NCBI GenBank assembly: GCA_965226885.1 | Contig: CBDDEL010000012.1 | Coordinates: 160,001 to 224,000 of the forward strand | Origin: Opitutales bacterium | GTDB lineage: Bacteria; Verrucomicrobiota; Verrucomicrobiia; Opitutales; UBA2987 | DNA: 64,000 bases | Reading direction: 5' to 3' | Part shown: one piece after another, positions 48,346 through 57,918 of the stretch | How the letters are laid out: the number at the start of each line of letters is the position of its first letter | Position numbering within the stretch: the first letter of the stretch is position 1 | Translations under genes and position numbers: made by a program | The notes under the pieces: generated by a model | Databases searched by the model: none | Seen by the model: only the letters and a program-made list of their open reading frames with translations | Told to the model about the DNA's origin: nothing

Positions 48346-49948
48346 GGCTCTCCTTGGTTGGAATTAGTCGTCCCGGTTTGGGAAAGTCCGGCGCCGGGAC
48401 ATCGGAAAAATATTGTAGGATTACCTCGGATATCTTCGGGCTGTCCCCGCGTTTCCGGGTAATCGTCCCATTCAGGAAAGAGGAATAGAGGTCGGCCCCT
48501 TCGGCCAACAAATCCGCCACCGCAACTTTGTAAATCTGCTCTGGGTCCACAGGTTTTCCGCCGATTTCAAGATCGGTCACACGTTGACCTTTGGGGCGGT
48601 CCAGATCGTAATGGGCGATGAGTCCCGATGCCTGGATCATGCCTCGCTCAAGCGTCATCGATTGCTCGAGAACACCGAGTATATCCTTCCCGGACAGGTC
48701 CATCAAAACAACGCGATTAGGGAAGGGAAAGGCGTCGATGACGTTCCCGTAGGTTACTTCTCCTTCCGGCAAATCGGCCCGCAAACCGCCCGCATTGATA
48801 AACGCGACGTCGCTCTTGGCGGATTCACGCATGACATCGGCGGCGAAGCTGCCGAGCGAAGATTCCGTGTTGTAGCTGCGGATAAGCCTCTCTTGGAGAT
48901 GTCCCACGACGGCTTCGATTTCGGGATATTGTTTCCGGTAATGCTCGATTTTTCGCGCCACAATCGGGTGGGGGACCAGCTTTTCACTCTCTACCAGCAA
49001 CAATTTTCCATCATAGGACACTATTTTTTTGGCGGCCGTATCATATTTTAATTTGATATAACCCAACCGGGTGCCGTGACCGTAGGTTTGAACGACGAGA
49101 GTTCCTGTTTCGGGATGGACGATGGGTTCTTCCGTCCCGTGATCGGCATGTCCGCCGATGAAAATATCGATTCCGGGAACCGCTCCCACCAGTGCCAGGT
49201 CCGCCTCTACGCCGCGCTGGATTTCGGGGTGCGCCGAGGCATCGGTTTGCATGGGGGCGGTCATCCCCATGTGGGCCAGAACCACCACCAGGTCCACGTC
49301 CGGTTTGAGGTAGGCGACCGCCTCCCGGACAATGGGCGCCGGGTCGCGAAATTCCAGTTCTGCCACAAATGACGGCAGCACCACGCTGCGGGCGTCCTCA
49401 CCGATGATTCCAATCACACCGATACGGAATCTTTCTTTTTCCACGATGGCATAAGGTTGAGCGTAGGGAATATCGGTTCCTTTATAAAAAATGTTGGCCC
49501 CCAATACCGGAAAAGGAACGCGGTTTTTTTGTTTTCTCAGATTTTCCCAACCGTAGTCGTACTCGTGGTTGCCGATGGCCATGGCGTCGTAACGCATAGT
49601 GATCATCATTTCCATGAGCACTTCTCCTTGCGTGCGGTTGGAGAGCAGGCCGGTAAACATATCCCCGGCATCGAAAAGATAAACCAGGTCCTCACGGGTA
49701 CGAATTTCTTCCACCAGCGAGGCCAGCTCCGCCCCGCCTCCGAGGAAATTCACATCGTCCCGCCAGTAGGCGGGAATGGGATTAAAAGCGCTCTCGAAAT
49801 CGTTGGTGTGGAGGATGGTGATTTCACGAACAGAATCATTGAAGCCCGTTTCCGGCCAGGCGAATCCGTTTGCCAAAAATAATGCCGTAGAGGCAATTAA
49901 AAACTGGCGCCCCCGGAATAGGAAAGGGGCCCCAAAACGAATTGTCAT
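48341..49948 (-). CDS. Periplasmic 5'-nucleotidase (UshA-like metallophosphoesterase)
   Basis: LHTND, DAGD, GNHEYD, LAHMG, GGH, NAGGLR, FPFPN; signal peptide. Confidence 0.92.
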   Translation of the reverse strand: MTIRFGAPFLFRGRQFLIASTALFLANGFAWPETGFNDSVREITILHTNDFESAFNPIPAYWRDDVNFLGGGAELASLVEEIRTREDLVYLFDAGDMFTGLLSNRTQGEVLMEMMITMRYDAMAIGNHEYDYGWENLRKQKNRVPFPVLGANIFYKGTDIPYAQPYAIVEKERFRIGVIGIIGEDARSVVLPSFVAELEFRDPAPIVREAVAYLKPDVDLVVVLAHMGMTAPMQTDASAHPEIQRGVEADLALVGAVPGIDIFIGGHADHGTEEPIVHPETGTLVVQTYGHGTRLGYIKLKYDTAAKKIVSYDGKLLLVESEKLVPHPIVARKIEHYRKQYPEIEAVVGHLQERLIRSYNTESSLGSFAADVMRESAKSDVAFINAGGLRADLPEGEVTYGNVIDAFPFPNRVVLMDLSGKDILGVLEQSMTLERGMIQASGLIAHYDLDRPKGQRVTDLEIGGKPVDPEQIYKVAVADLLAEGADLYSSFLNGTITRKRGDSPKISEVILQYFSDVPAPDFPKPGRLIPTKESH

Positions 49949-49981
49949 TACCGGATGTTTAAAAAGTTTTCTCAAAACATT

Positions 49982-50009
49982 GATGCCCCGGAGAAAGCTC
50001 CGGGGCATC
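49982..50009 (-). terminator. Stem-loop between the TonB receptor and nucleotidase genes
   Basis: Perfect 12-bp stem GATGCCCCGGAG-AAAG-CTCCGGGGCATC; weak U tract. Confidence 0.55.
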
Positions 50010-50059
50010 TCGGGGCATCTAATTGAAAATGAAAGAATCGTCTTAACTCAATCCTGGAA

Positions 50060-53000
50060 TTAGAAGATATACTTTATGCCAAAAAGAATATTCCAGCGGG
50101 ATTGGCCTAAACGGTCCTCAACTATTGCCGTGTTGCCCACCCCGTTGAATGAGTAGAGATACTTGTTTGATTCCTCAATATAAGTTGCGCTGGCGATATT
50201 CTGTGAAGGGGTGCCGCCAAAACCAATCGGGAAGTCCCTTATCTGGCCATAGGAACTGTTGATCAGATTGCCGATATTAAGGAAATCTATGGTGAACTGC
50301 AACTTGCCCCATTTTGTAGCAATAGGGATATCCTGTGCAATCTTGAGGTCCCATTGATGAATCCAGGGAAGAGTGGCATCGTTTTTCTGATGCCGTTTGC
50401 CTGGTTCGAGGTCAGGGTGTTGGGCGACGAAGGCAAAAAAAGCATCCCGGTCAGCAGCCTCGGCGGCGGTAAGGACACCGCTGGGGTCAGCCGCCCAGGT
50501 CACGAAGGGATCGTCCGGTCCATTCGGTGTGTAAAAGAGGTCATTGGTCGAGCAGCAGTCATCGTTATTCGTGTTATTTTTGGCTACGTAACTATAGGGC
50601 TTGCCTGAGCGACCTTGATAAAAGAGAGAAATATTCGTCTTCCACTTACTATTTTCACCACCCCATTTGATTTGTTTGGAGATGGCCCAGATAAAATTAT
50701 GGCGAACCTCAAAAGGCGAAGTTCCCAATTCATCCGTGTTGGCATTGAAGATCGGAGTAGCCCGAAAATTTTCCACTGCAATAAAGCCTGTCCCGGAATT
50801 AACTTCATTGGAACTACCGTAGGAATAAGCAAAGGTGGAAAACCAGCCATCCTCCCTCATCGGACGAGTGAGGGTAAGGGTGTAATTGGTGGAATCACCC
50901 AGGCTTGTGTTTCTTAATTCCGTTACACTCCCAAAACCGCCAAAGCCTTCGGCCCCGGCACGGGCTGTCGACATGATAATGCGACCGTCCGGACCTGTCC
51001 CGACCGGTTCGGCAACAAGGTTGCGGAATACCACGGCATCTTCGACAAATGACCATTCGCCTTCGATGGTGGCGACCATATCGCCCAGTAGCGGCGCCTT
51101 GAATTTGTAGTCAAGGGCCAGCACACCTTTCCAGGATGAAGGCGAATTGAATCCAGCGGCCAGGGAATCGACCTCCCCGCTGGGCGCGCCAGGCACTCCT
51201 TTGGGTTGGTTGGTGGAGTCCGGCTCAAACGCCGGGTTGCCATCCGGGAAACTTGCCGTCAAAACGGTGAGCCCGTCATTGGTAAACCCATTGGAAAGCC
51301 ACACCCCGGGCGACTTGCCGAAAAATTTGCCTATGCCGCCACGCAGTTGAACGGTGCTATCTCCTTTAATGTCCCAATTAAAACTGAATCGTGTGGAGAA
51401 AGTTCTTTCACCATCAATAGTATTATCATTGGGTCTGCCGAAGAAATCCTGAAACCGCTGATTAAACCCTGGTTTTAAAGGAAAATCATTGATATCCCAA
51501 CGAATACCAACGGTCATGGAAAAATTGTTGTGCACCCGCCAGGTATGCTGGAGATAAGGGGACCATATTTTTTCTTCCCAATTGGCGGTTACGTTGGTTC
51601 CCTCGGCTTCAAATCTGTGAAATAAACCGGAAGCTATTCCCGCCCTGAAATCATCGATACTGGCAAAATTCCATACTCCTTTATTGGCGAAAAGAAACGT
51701 ATTGGCTATGATCTTCTTTGAAAAATCCAAACCGAAAACCGTTTCGTGATTTCGGTTGGCCCCCGAAAAGAGAGTGCCCGCCGCCGTAAAGGTGGTCGTT
51801 TCAGCAAAGAGAAAATTGAAATGACGAAATAATTCCGCTCCCATAAACACGTTGTTACCACTGGCAACAGCAACTGCAACTTGAGGATCGTTCGTAGGTG
51901 TTACCGGGCTGCCATCGTAATCGGAAAAAGAATAACGAATTTCTGTGCTGAAGCGGTCATTCCAGTCGCTGAAAAGCTGAGCCACATAATTCGTACTGAT
52001 GCTGGGTTGATCGTACCAATAGCTGCTCAGGGAAAAAGCTGCCGTATTGCGTTGCGTAATGATCACGACATTGTCTTCGGCCTTGTCATACTTAAAGCTC
52101 AGATGGTGTTTGTCGTTGATATTCCAATCGACTTTGACCATTATTTTCTCGACCGAGTCATCCAATATATCTGCCCCGGTGGGCGTTCCTGGACTAAGGC
52201 CCCAAACGTTTGTCGCAATATCGATAATCTCGTCGATTTCCGCTTGTGTGCCGGGGAAAATATTGGTCGCGCCGCTACCGATCAAACCTACACTGGTGCC
52301 ACTTCGTTCCCGCTCCAGTTTTTCATAATTGAAAAAGAAAAACAGCTTATTCTTCAGGATGGGTCCACCCAAGGTAGATCCATAGGTTTTCTCGGTGAAC
52401 ACAGGGTCGAATGCCTGACCATTTTCGTTTTCTCCAAATTGATCCGAATCGCGCCAGTAGTAGTAGGCGGAACCGTGAAACTGGTTGGTGCCGCTTTTGG
52501 TCACAACATTGACGGCTGCGCCCGTAAATTTGGACTGCCGAATGTCAAAGGGCGCCGTGTCGATTTGCAACGACTCAATGGCATCAATTGAAACAGGGGG
52601 GCCGTTGCGTGTGGCCTGGCCATTTGAATTGAGGCCAAAGGGATCATTTACCCGAACCCCATCAACCATCACATTATTATAGCGTGCATTGATGCCGCCC
52701 GCGGTAAAGGAACCGAAATCCTTGTCCACGCTCACCTTGGGATTCATCTTGAGCAACTCATTCAAGGAACGGTCAGCGCTGGATACTCCCAGAACGCGGG
52801 CCTCGTCCAAACTCGTCACCGAGCTGCGGGAATCCCTATTAAAGAGACCTTCCTGTTCCTCTGTAAAAATGAATTCTTCCAACTCGGTGATATCGGCCGC
52901 ATCCGCCATCGATATGACGATATTGGAGACACTTGCCACGGTCAGATAAATGTTCTCCTCGGTTGAGGTTTGATAACCGTCAAAACTGGCGGTAACGCTG

Positions 53001-53242
53001 TAGGGGCCTCCCACGCGCATCCCCCGTACGGCGAAAGAACCATTTCCGGTGGAGGTCATCGTTTTGGTCGTTCCGGTGGGGACATGCACGATGCGCACGT
53101 TGGCGCCCGCGACAGGGTTGCCGTCACTATCGGTCACGGTGCCGTTCATGCCGGAGGAGGTGATGTTTTGGGCATAACCGGCCGAAGAGAGAATAAGGCT
53201 CGTGAAAAGCAATATTGCTATTCTTAATCTGTTAATATTCAT
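50060..53242 (-). CDS. TonB-dependent receptor (Oar-like, N-terminal carboxypeptidase-regulatory-like extension)
   Basis: Signal peptide, VDGV..ND.FG, VNVVTKSGTN.FHGS, GGPILKNKLFFF, C-terminal GIKYIF. Confidence 0.93.
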   Translation of the reverse strand: MNINRLRIAILLFTSLILSSAGYAQNITSSGMNGTVTDSDGNPVAGANVRIVHVPTGTTKTMTSTGNGSFAVRGMRVGGPYSVTASFDGYQTSTEENIYLTVASVSNIVISMADAADITELEEFIFTEEQEGLFNRDSRSSVTSLDEARVLGVSSADRSLNELLKMNPKVSVDKDFGSFTAGGINARYNNVMVDGVRVNDPFGLNSNGQATRNGPPVSIDAIESLQIDTAPFDIRQSKFTGAAVNVVTKSGTNQFHGSAYYYWRDSDQFGENENGQAFDPVFTEKTYGSTLGGPILKNKLFFFFNYEKLERERSGTSVGLIGSGATNIFPGTQAEIDEIIDIATNVWGLSPGTPTGADILDDSVEKIMVKVDWNINDKHHLSFKYDKAEDNVVIITQRNTAAFSLSSYWYDQPSISTNYVAQLFSDWNDRFSTEIRYSFSDYDGSPVTPTNDPQVAVAVASGNNVFMGAELFRHFNFLFAETTTFTAAGTLFSGANRNHETVFGLDFSKKIIANTFLFANKGVWNFASIDDFRAGIASGLFHRFEAEGTNVTANWEEKIWSPYLQHTWRVHNNFSMTVGIRWDINDFPLKPGFNQRFQDFFGRPNDNTIDGERTFSTRFSFNWDIKGDSTVQLRGGIGKFFGKSPGVWLSNGFTNDGLTVLTASFPDGNPAFEPDSTNQPKGVPGAPSGEVDSLAAGFNSPSSWKGVLALDYKFKAPLLGDMVATIEGEWSFVEDAVVFRNLVAEPVGTGPDGRIIMSTARAGAEGFGGFGSVTELRNTSLGDSTNYTLTLTRPMREDGWFSTFAYSYGSSNEVNSGTGFIAVENFRATPIFNANTDELGTSPFEVRHNFIWAISKQIKWGGENSKWKTNISLFYQGRSGKPYSYVAKNNTNNDDCCSTNDLFYTPNGPDDPFVTWAADPSGVLTAAEAADRDAFFAFVAQHPDLEPGKRHQKNDATLPWIHQWDLKIAQDIPIATKWGKLQFTIDFLNIGNLINSSYGQIRDFPIGFGGTPSQNIASATYIEESNKYLYSFNGVGNTAIVEDRLGQSRWNILFGIKYIF

Positions 53243-53465
53243 ATAGTTATGGTTTTAGGGGTTCGTTTGGTTTTTGTAGTTCAGAAAAAACTCATGCAGA
53301 TCGTGGTGGCGGTCCGGGGAAGCAAGGGGTAATTCAACAGGGGTATGCTGGTATTATTGTATAAATATGAACAACTTTGCAATACAGTATTCCATTATTT
53401 CCTGAAATTTAATAGAATAATTAGGATTTGAATATTAAAAATGCTTTAAATAACCATTAGACGTC

Positions 53466-54419
53466 CTATTCAGTATGTTTCCGGTCTTTTTCGGGAATTA
53501 ACCTGCTAAGTCGTTCCAGCAAAGCGGATTGAGTCAATTTTGGGGACACGGATTGGCTGCTTTCTAGGACCAGGCTGGCAGCGGCAAGCCCTGCGAGAAT
53601 CGCATCCGACATCGGAAGTTTCAACAATCCGCAGGCATAGCCGGCCAGAAACGCATCCCCGGCGCCGGTTACGTCCAGTATTTTCATGGGAGCAATGGCT
53701 GGATAAAACTCCTTCTTGATCGGGCTATCCATATCCATATAGATACCATTTGCCCCTAGAGTGACGACAACCGTCTCTACCCCAAGTTGGCGGATTTTTG
53801 CCGCCGCCGAAGCCACATCTTCATTGTTTTCAATCTTCAATCCCGAAAGCGCAGCCGCTTCCTGCCGGTCCGGGAACAGGATGTCGATTTTATCGAGCAC
53901 CGTTCTAAACCGCTCCGATTTGGCCACCGACACGGGATCAGCCAGAACCTTGACATCCTCGTTTTTGCCATGCTCCAGGAGGTATTCGATTGTCGGAGCC
54001 GGGAGATTGGAGTCGATGATCCAAACTCCGCAGGAGGCCAGATGCGAATCGTTTTTTTCGACCCAGGATGGAGTCAATTCATCAAAAATAGCCATATTGG
54101 CCAATCCGGCCGCCAGTCGTCCGTCCGGCTCGAGAATGGCAGTATAAGCGGCAGTGGGAGAGCTGGTGGAAAGCCCCACGGCGGAAGTGTCGATTTTCGG
54201 ATTTTTCAGGGAAGCAAGCAGGGCTTCCCCGGCCGAATCGGAACCGATGATGGAGAAAAGGCTGACCTCGCATTCCAGCCTGGCCAGGGATTCGGCGATA
54301 TTGCGAATGACTCCCCCCGGAGTTGAAGTGACGGAGACTGGATTGGAGGTTCCCGCCCGAAAACTTCGGTGCAGCCGGGCTTTATGGTCGATATTGACGC
54401 CGCCAATGCAAGCGATGCG
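53466..54419 (-). CDS. psuK: PfkB family kinase, pseudouridine kinase-like; start unresolved
   Basis: Open frame extends upstream of the track's GTG to IACIGGVNID...SNP...PGGVIRNIAESLARL; DPVS, VTLG..G, DVTGAGDAF; adjacent to psuG. Confidence 0.8.
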   Translation of the reverse strand, partial: RIACIGGVNIDHKARLHRSFRAGTSNPVSVTSTPGGVIRNIAESLARLECEVSLFSIIGSDSAGEALLASLKNPKIDTSAVGLSTSSPTAAYTAILEPDGRLAAGLANMAIFDELTPSWVEKNDSHLASCGVWIIDSNLPAPTIEYLLEHGKNEDVKVLADPVSVAKSERFRTVLDKIDILFPDRQEAAALSGLKIENNEDVASAAAKIRQLGVETVVVTLGANGIYMDMDSPIKKEFYPAIAPMKILDVTGAGDAFLAGYACGLLKLPMSDAILAGLAAASLVLESSQSVSPKLTQSALLERLSRLIPEKDRKHTE

Positions 54420-54485
54420 GGATTGTTTTGGTGGGGCGATAAGCGATTCAGGAAATTTGGTTTTTTTATTTAGAGAGAAGAGGCT

Positions 54486-55406
54486 TCAAGTGGTAATGCT
54501 TGATAATTCAACCGCCAGGAGAGTGCCCAACTTAACATTGTTGCGCACCAGTTCAATATTGCTGCGCAGGCTTTCCCCATCAGTTAGGGCTTCGATACGA
54601 GAAAGGAGAAAAGGTGTGGCGGCTTTTCCTTTGATGCCCTTTTGCTCCAATTCCGCGAGGGCCTGGGAAATTGCCGATTCCGCTTTTCTCTTCGGTATTT
54701 CGTGCTCCTTTGGGATCGGGTTGGCAATCACCATGCCGCCCTTTATTCTCATTGCCCATTTGGTGTTCAGGATATTGGCCAATTCCTCAATCGAATCGAC
54801 CCTTTGTGGGACTTCAAAACCGCTGTCTCTGGTAAAAAATGCGGGAAACCTATCGGTTTGATAACCCGCTACGGGAACGCCCAGCGTTTCCAGGTATTCC
54901 AGGGTCAGGCCGATATCGAGGATCGATTTTGCCCCGGCGCAAACTACCGCAACATCGTTTCGAGCCAATTCCGGCAAGTCGGCAGAGATGTCGAAGGTCT
55001 TATCCGCTCCCCGGTGAACCCCACCGATTCCCCCCGTGGCCATGACTTTTATGCCTGCCAGGGCGGCAATTCGGACGCTGGCCGCAACCGTGGCGGCGCC
55101 ATTTAATTTTTCGGCCACCAAAAAAGGCAGGTCGCGGCTGCTCGCTTTCAGGATTCCCTCTCCTTTTCCCAGAAACTCAATTTCCTCCTTACTCAAACCC
55201 ACCTTCAACTTTCCTTTCAGAATGGCCAGAGTGGCGGGGGTAGCGCCATTTTTTCGGACAATTGATTCTACTTCGCGAGCGGTGCGGACATTTTCCGGAT
55301 AAGGCATCCCGTGCGCGATAATTGTGGATTCCAACGCCAGGACCGGTTGTCCCCGGTCGAGCGCCGCAGCCACTTCGGGCAGCAAATCCAGGTATTCGTT
55401 CAGCAT
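54486..55406 (-). CDS. psuG: Pseudouridine-5'-phosphate glycosidase
   Basis: ALESTIIAHGMPYPEN, ATGGIGGVHRG, DISADL, GAKSILD, TPFLL. Confidence 0.96.
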   Translation of the reverse strand: MLNEYLDLLPEVAAALDRGQPVLALESTIIAHGMPYPENVRTAREVESIVRKNGATPATLAILKGKLKVGLSKEEIEFLGKGEGILKASSRDLPFLVAEKLNGAATVAASVRIAALAGIKVMATGGIGGVHRGADKTFDISADLPELARNDVAVVCAGAKSILDIGLTLEYLETLGVPVAGYQTDRFPAFFTRDSGFEVPQRVDSIEELANILNTKWAMRIKGGMVIANPIPKEHEIPKRKAESAISQALAELEQKGIKGKAATPFLLSRIEALTDGESLRSNIELVRNNVKLGTLLAVELSSITT

Positions 55407-55424
55407 TTTTTCTGGAGAAAGGTT

Positions 55425-55949
55425 CTATAATAAAGTCCCACGGATGGGATAATCGTTCGCCGGACCGCGGATATATTCCAGTCCCTGCGAGAGCGCATCC
55501 AGGTCCGGGCGTAAAAAAGGATTATTGGAAACATCGGTCAAACGCAAATTACCATCCTCGTCGATGACAAACATTGCCGGTTCCGGGTTGGGACGATCAT
55601 TTTCTTGAGCGGAGCGAGGAGGGGAAATATACAAGCCCATTTCCCGCATGTCATCCAACGTTAGACCATAGGCGACGGGTAACGTTAATTTACTTACCCG
55701 GACCAGTTGTTCGGCTTTCTCCTCGGGGTCGCCGGAAACTGCTATGATCTCCACTCGCAGATTTTTTAACGACTTACGGAGCGCTTCCAGTCGGGCCAGG
55801 TAGTGGAGGCACAGAGGGCAATGCAAACCCCGGTAAACCACAACCAGTTGCCAGTTATTATCACCTCGCGGCTTGCCGAGCTCAATGGTTCTTCCGCCCA
55901 CCAGAGGCAAAGTGATTTTGGGGAAAGAATCGGCGGCTTTTAATTTCAT
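55425..55949 (-). CDS. AhpC/TSA (peroxiredoxin-like) redoxin
   Basis: YRGLHCPLC, AVSGD, MGLY, EPAMFV, RPDL. Confidence 0.85.
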   Translation of the reverse strand: MKLKAADSFPKITLPLVGGRTIELGKPRGDNNWQLVVVYRGLHCPLCLHYLARLEALRKSLKNLRVEIIAVSGDPEEKAEQLVRVSKLTLPVAYGLTLDDMREMGLYISPPRSAQENDRPNPEPAMFVIDEDGNLRLTDVSNNPFLRPDLDALSQGLEYIRGPANDYPIRGTLL

Positions 55950-55951
55950 GG

Positions 55952-56788
55952 CTAAATAGAAGGGTACCAGCGATTTTTGTTTTTGGCCAGGCGTTCCTCA
56001 TTCCACCGGTGGAGGATGTGAGCGGCTTCATTTCCGGCCTGCACACATTTTTCAATTCCACCGTAAACAAAGTCGTCCGTAGCCCGGTTGGCGATGACCA
56101 CGGAAATCGCGCCCGCTTTTAACCCGAAAAGGCCGGCCAGGGTCAACAAGGTGGCGGCTTCCTGCTCGTAATTGAGAACCTTGGCCGCAATCAGATCTTC
56201 ATGGCGTGTCTTTTGCCAACTTTGGCGGAAGCCGCTAAAGGCGGGTCGGTTTTGCCCGCAAAAAAAAGAAGCCGTTGTCGCAGTGATGCCCGCGTGATAG
56301 CTAAACCCAAGTTTCTCACAAGCTTCAATCAAGGCCAGCACGACCTCATAATGAGCCACCGCCGGATACCCCAGGGAAACATAATTCTCACTCGTTCCAT
56401 CGAACCGAACCGAACCGGTGGAGATGATCAAATCCCCTAATTCGATGTCCGGCTGGAGCGCAGCGGTGGTTCCGACGCGAATGAAGGTGCGGCCTCCAAT
56501 AGCGGCCAGTTCCTCCAAGGCATTCGATGTCGAGGGGCCTCCGGCTCCGGTGGAACAGGCTGAAATGTCCATTTCCCTAAATTTTCCGGTGTGAACGACA
56601 TGTTCCCGGTAGGAGGAAATTTCCCTAAACTCATCCCAATAGCTGGAAATTTTGGCCACTCGATCCGGGTCGCCCGGCAATAGAATGGTATCCGCGACAT
56701 CTCCCTCGCCGCACCGTATGTGATACTGCAGCCTGCCTTTGCCCTCCGGCCGTTCCGCTTGTGAAACCCATTCTTTATCTTCCGCCAT
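55952..56788 (-). CDS. Uridine phosphorylase 2 / nucleoside phosphorylase
   Basis: QYHI, LPGDPDRV, STGAGGPS, RVGT, GQNR, NYEQE. Confidence 0.88.
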   Translation of the reverse strand: MAEDKEWVSQAERPEGKGRLQYHIRCGEGDVADTILLPGDPDRVAKISSYWDEFREISSYREHVVHTGKFREMDISACSTGAGGPSTSNALEELAAIGGRTFIRVGTTAALQPDIELGDLIISTGSVRFDGTSENYVSLGYPAVAHYEVVLALIEACEKLGFSYHAGITATTASFFCGQNRPAFSGFRQSWQKTRHEDLIAAKVLNYEQEAATLLTLAGLFGLKAGAISVVIANRATDDFVYGGIEKCVQAGNEAAHILHRWNEERLAKNKNRWYPSI

Positions 56789-56890
56789 TGTTTGATTTCA
56801 GGTTAAATTTCAAAATTGAGTCGAAAAAATGTGAATCCCGCCGCCGGTTAAGTCAATGCTGCAGCCCGATTGGCTGGCGAAGCATAGAGG

Positions 56891-56919
56891 TTGACACATT
56901 TGCCCTGCAGGTATGCGAT
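56891..56919 (+). promoter_or_regulatory. Sigma70-like promoter, predicted leaderless transcript
   Basis: TTGACA-17 bp-TGCGAT, 6 bp before ATG 56926; same geometry as 43872. Confidence 0.5.
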
Positions 56920-56925
56920 TTTCCT

Positions 56926-57918
56926 ATGGGTTTAGCAGAGGGAGTGGCAGATCTGTCGGATGAGCAGATCGACTCGTTTCACCGGGAAGGATATTTGATC
57001 GTTGAGGATGTTTTTCGGGATAACGATTTAAACGCCCTCCGCCGGGAACTCGCTGAAGGCATCGACGAGAAGATCAAAGCGCTGCAGTCGGATGGCGTTT
57101 TAAAAAACACCTATGAAACCGAAGCGCTGGAGACCCGCCTGGTTAAGATTTTTCGGGACAATGAGGAAATCGGGCGGCAGATCATGTGCCACCTGGAGGG
57201 ACTTGGAGGTAGCGGCTACCATGGCCGTGAGATGTTCAACCTCATCAAGCATCCCAAAATGCTCAAACTGGCGGAATCCATTCTCGGCCCCGAACTGGTT
57301 TCCTCGGCTATTTACCGGCTGCGGACCAAGATTCCGGGCGACAAACTGAAAGAGGTGCCCTGGCACCAGGATTCCGGCTATTTCTCTTCCCACTGCGATT
57401 CCCACCTCATTCTGACCTGCTGGATACCATTGGTCGATGTTTCCAGGGAAAATGGCTGCCTGGAAGTCATTCCGCGATCTCACCGCTCAGGCATCGTCAA
57501 GCACCATCAATGCGCCGACCGCAAGGGTTACCTCCTCATAAAAGATGAGGATCTGCCAAAAAGCGAGAAACCCACCGTGGCAATCGAAATAAAGGCCGGT
57601 AGTGTGCTCCTGCTGACTAACCTGACCGCCCATTGCTCGCTCTCCAATCGGACGGATGAAATTCGGTGGAGCGTCGATCTACGCTACCAAAGCTCGGAGA
57701 CTCCCAATAACGTGGATCTCTGGCCGGAGGAAAATCCCACCGACTATGAGAAAAATCTGCAAATCGCCTGCTCTCCGCCGGAAGCTGATTTTGTTGTCCA
57801 AAGCGTTCGCAAACCCCAAGGGGTGGTTGATTTTCAAGGTTTCCTCAAGCGCCGGGAAGCTTTTTACAATCATGGTTTTCCCAAGGAAAAACGTTGGGAG
57901 CCGGATGCCGTCCATTGA
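56926..57918 (+). CDS. PhyH-family Fe(II)/2OG dioxygenase 3 (close paralogue of 43907-44917)
   Basis: YRLRTKIPGDK.KEVPWHQD shared; start placed at ATG 56926 by comparison with the paralogue. Confidence 0.9.
   Translation: MGLAEGVADLSDEQIDSFHREGYLIVEDVFRDNDLNALRRELAEGIDEKIKALQSDGVLKNTYETEALETRLVKIFRDNEEIGRQIMCHLEGLGGSGYHGREMFNLIKHPKMLKLAESILGPELVSSAIYRLRTKIPGDKLKEVPWHQDSGYFSSHCDSHLILTCWIPLVDVSRENGCLEVIPRSHRSGIVKHHQCADRKGYLLIKDEDLPKSEKPTVAIEIKAGSVLLLTNLTAHCSLSNRTDEIRWSVDLRYQSSETPNNVDLWPEENPTDYEKNLQIACSPPEADFVVQSVRKPQGVVDFQGFLKRREAFYNHGFPKEKRWEPDAVH

Noticed and set aside
53243..53465. Riboswitch upstream of the TonB receptor
   Set aside because: AT-rich promoter-like DNA; no purine, preQ1 or other aptamer consensus recognisable by eye (an Infernal/Rfam scan would settle it)
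54154..54861. Long antisense ORFs (also 24518-25381, 17326-18084, 51881-52591, 8368-9174 and others)
   Set aside because: Shadows of well-supported genes on the opposite strand, with no recognisable motifs
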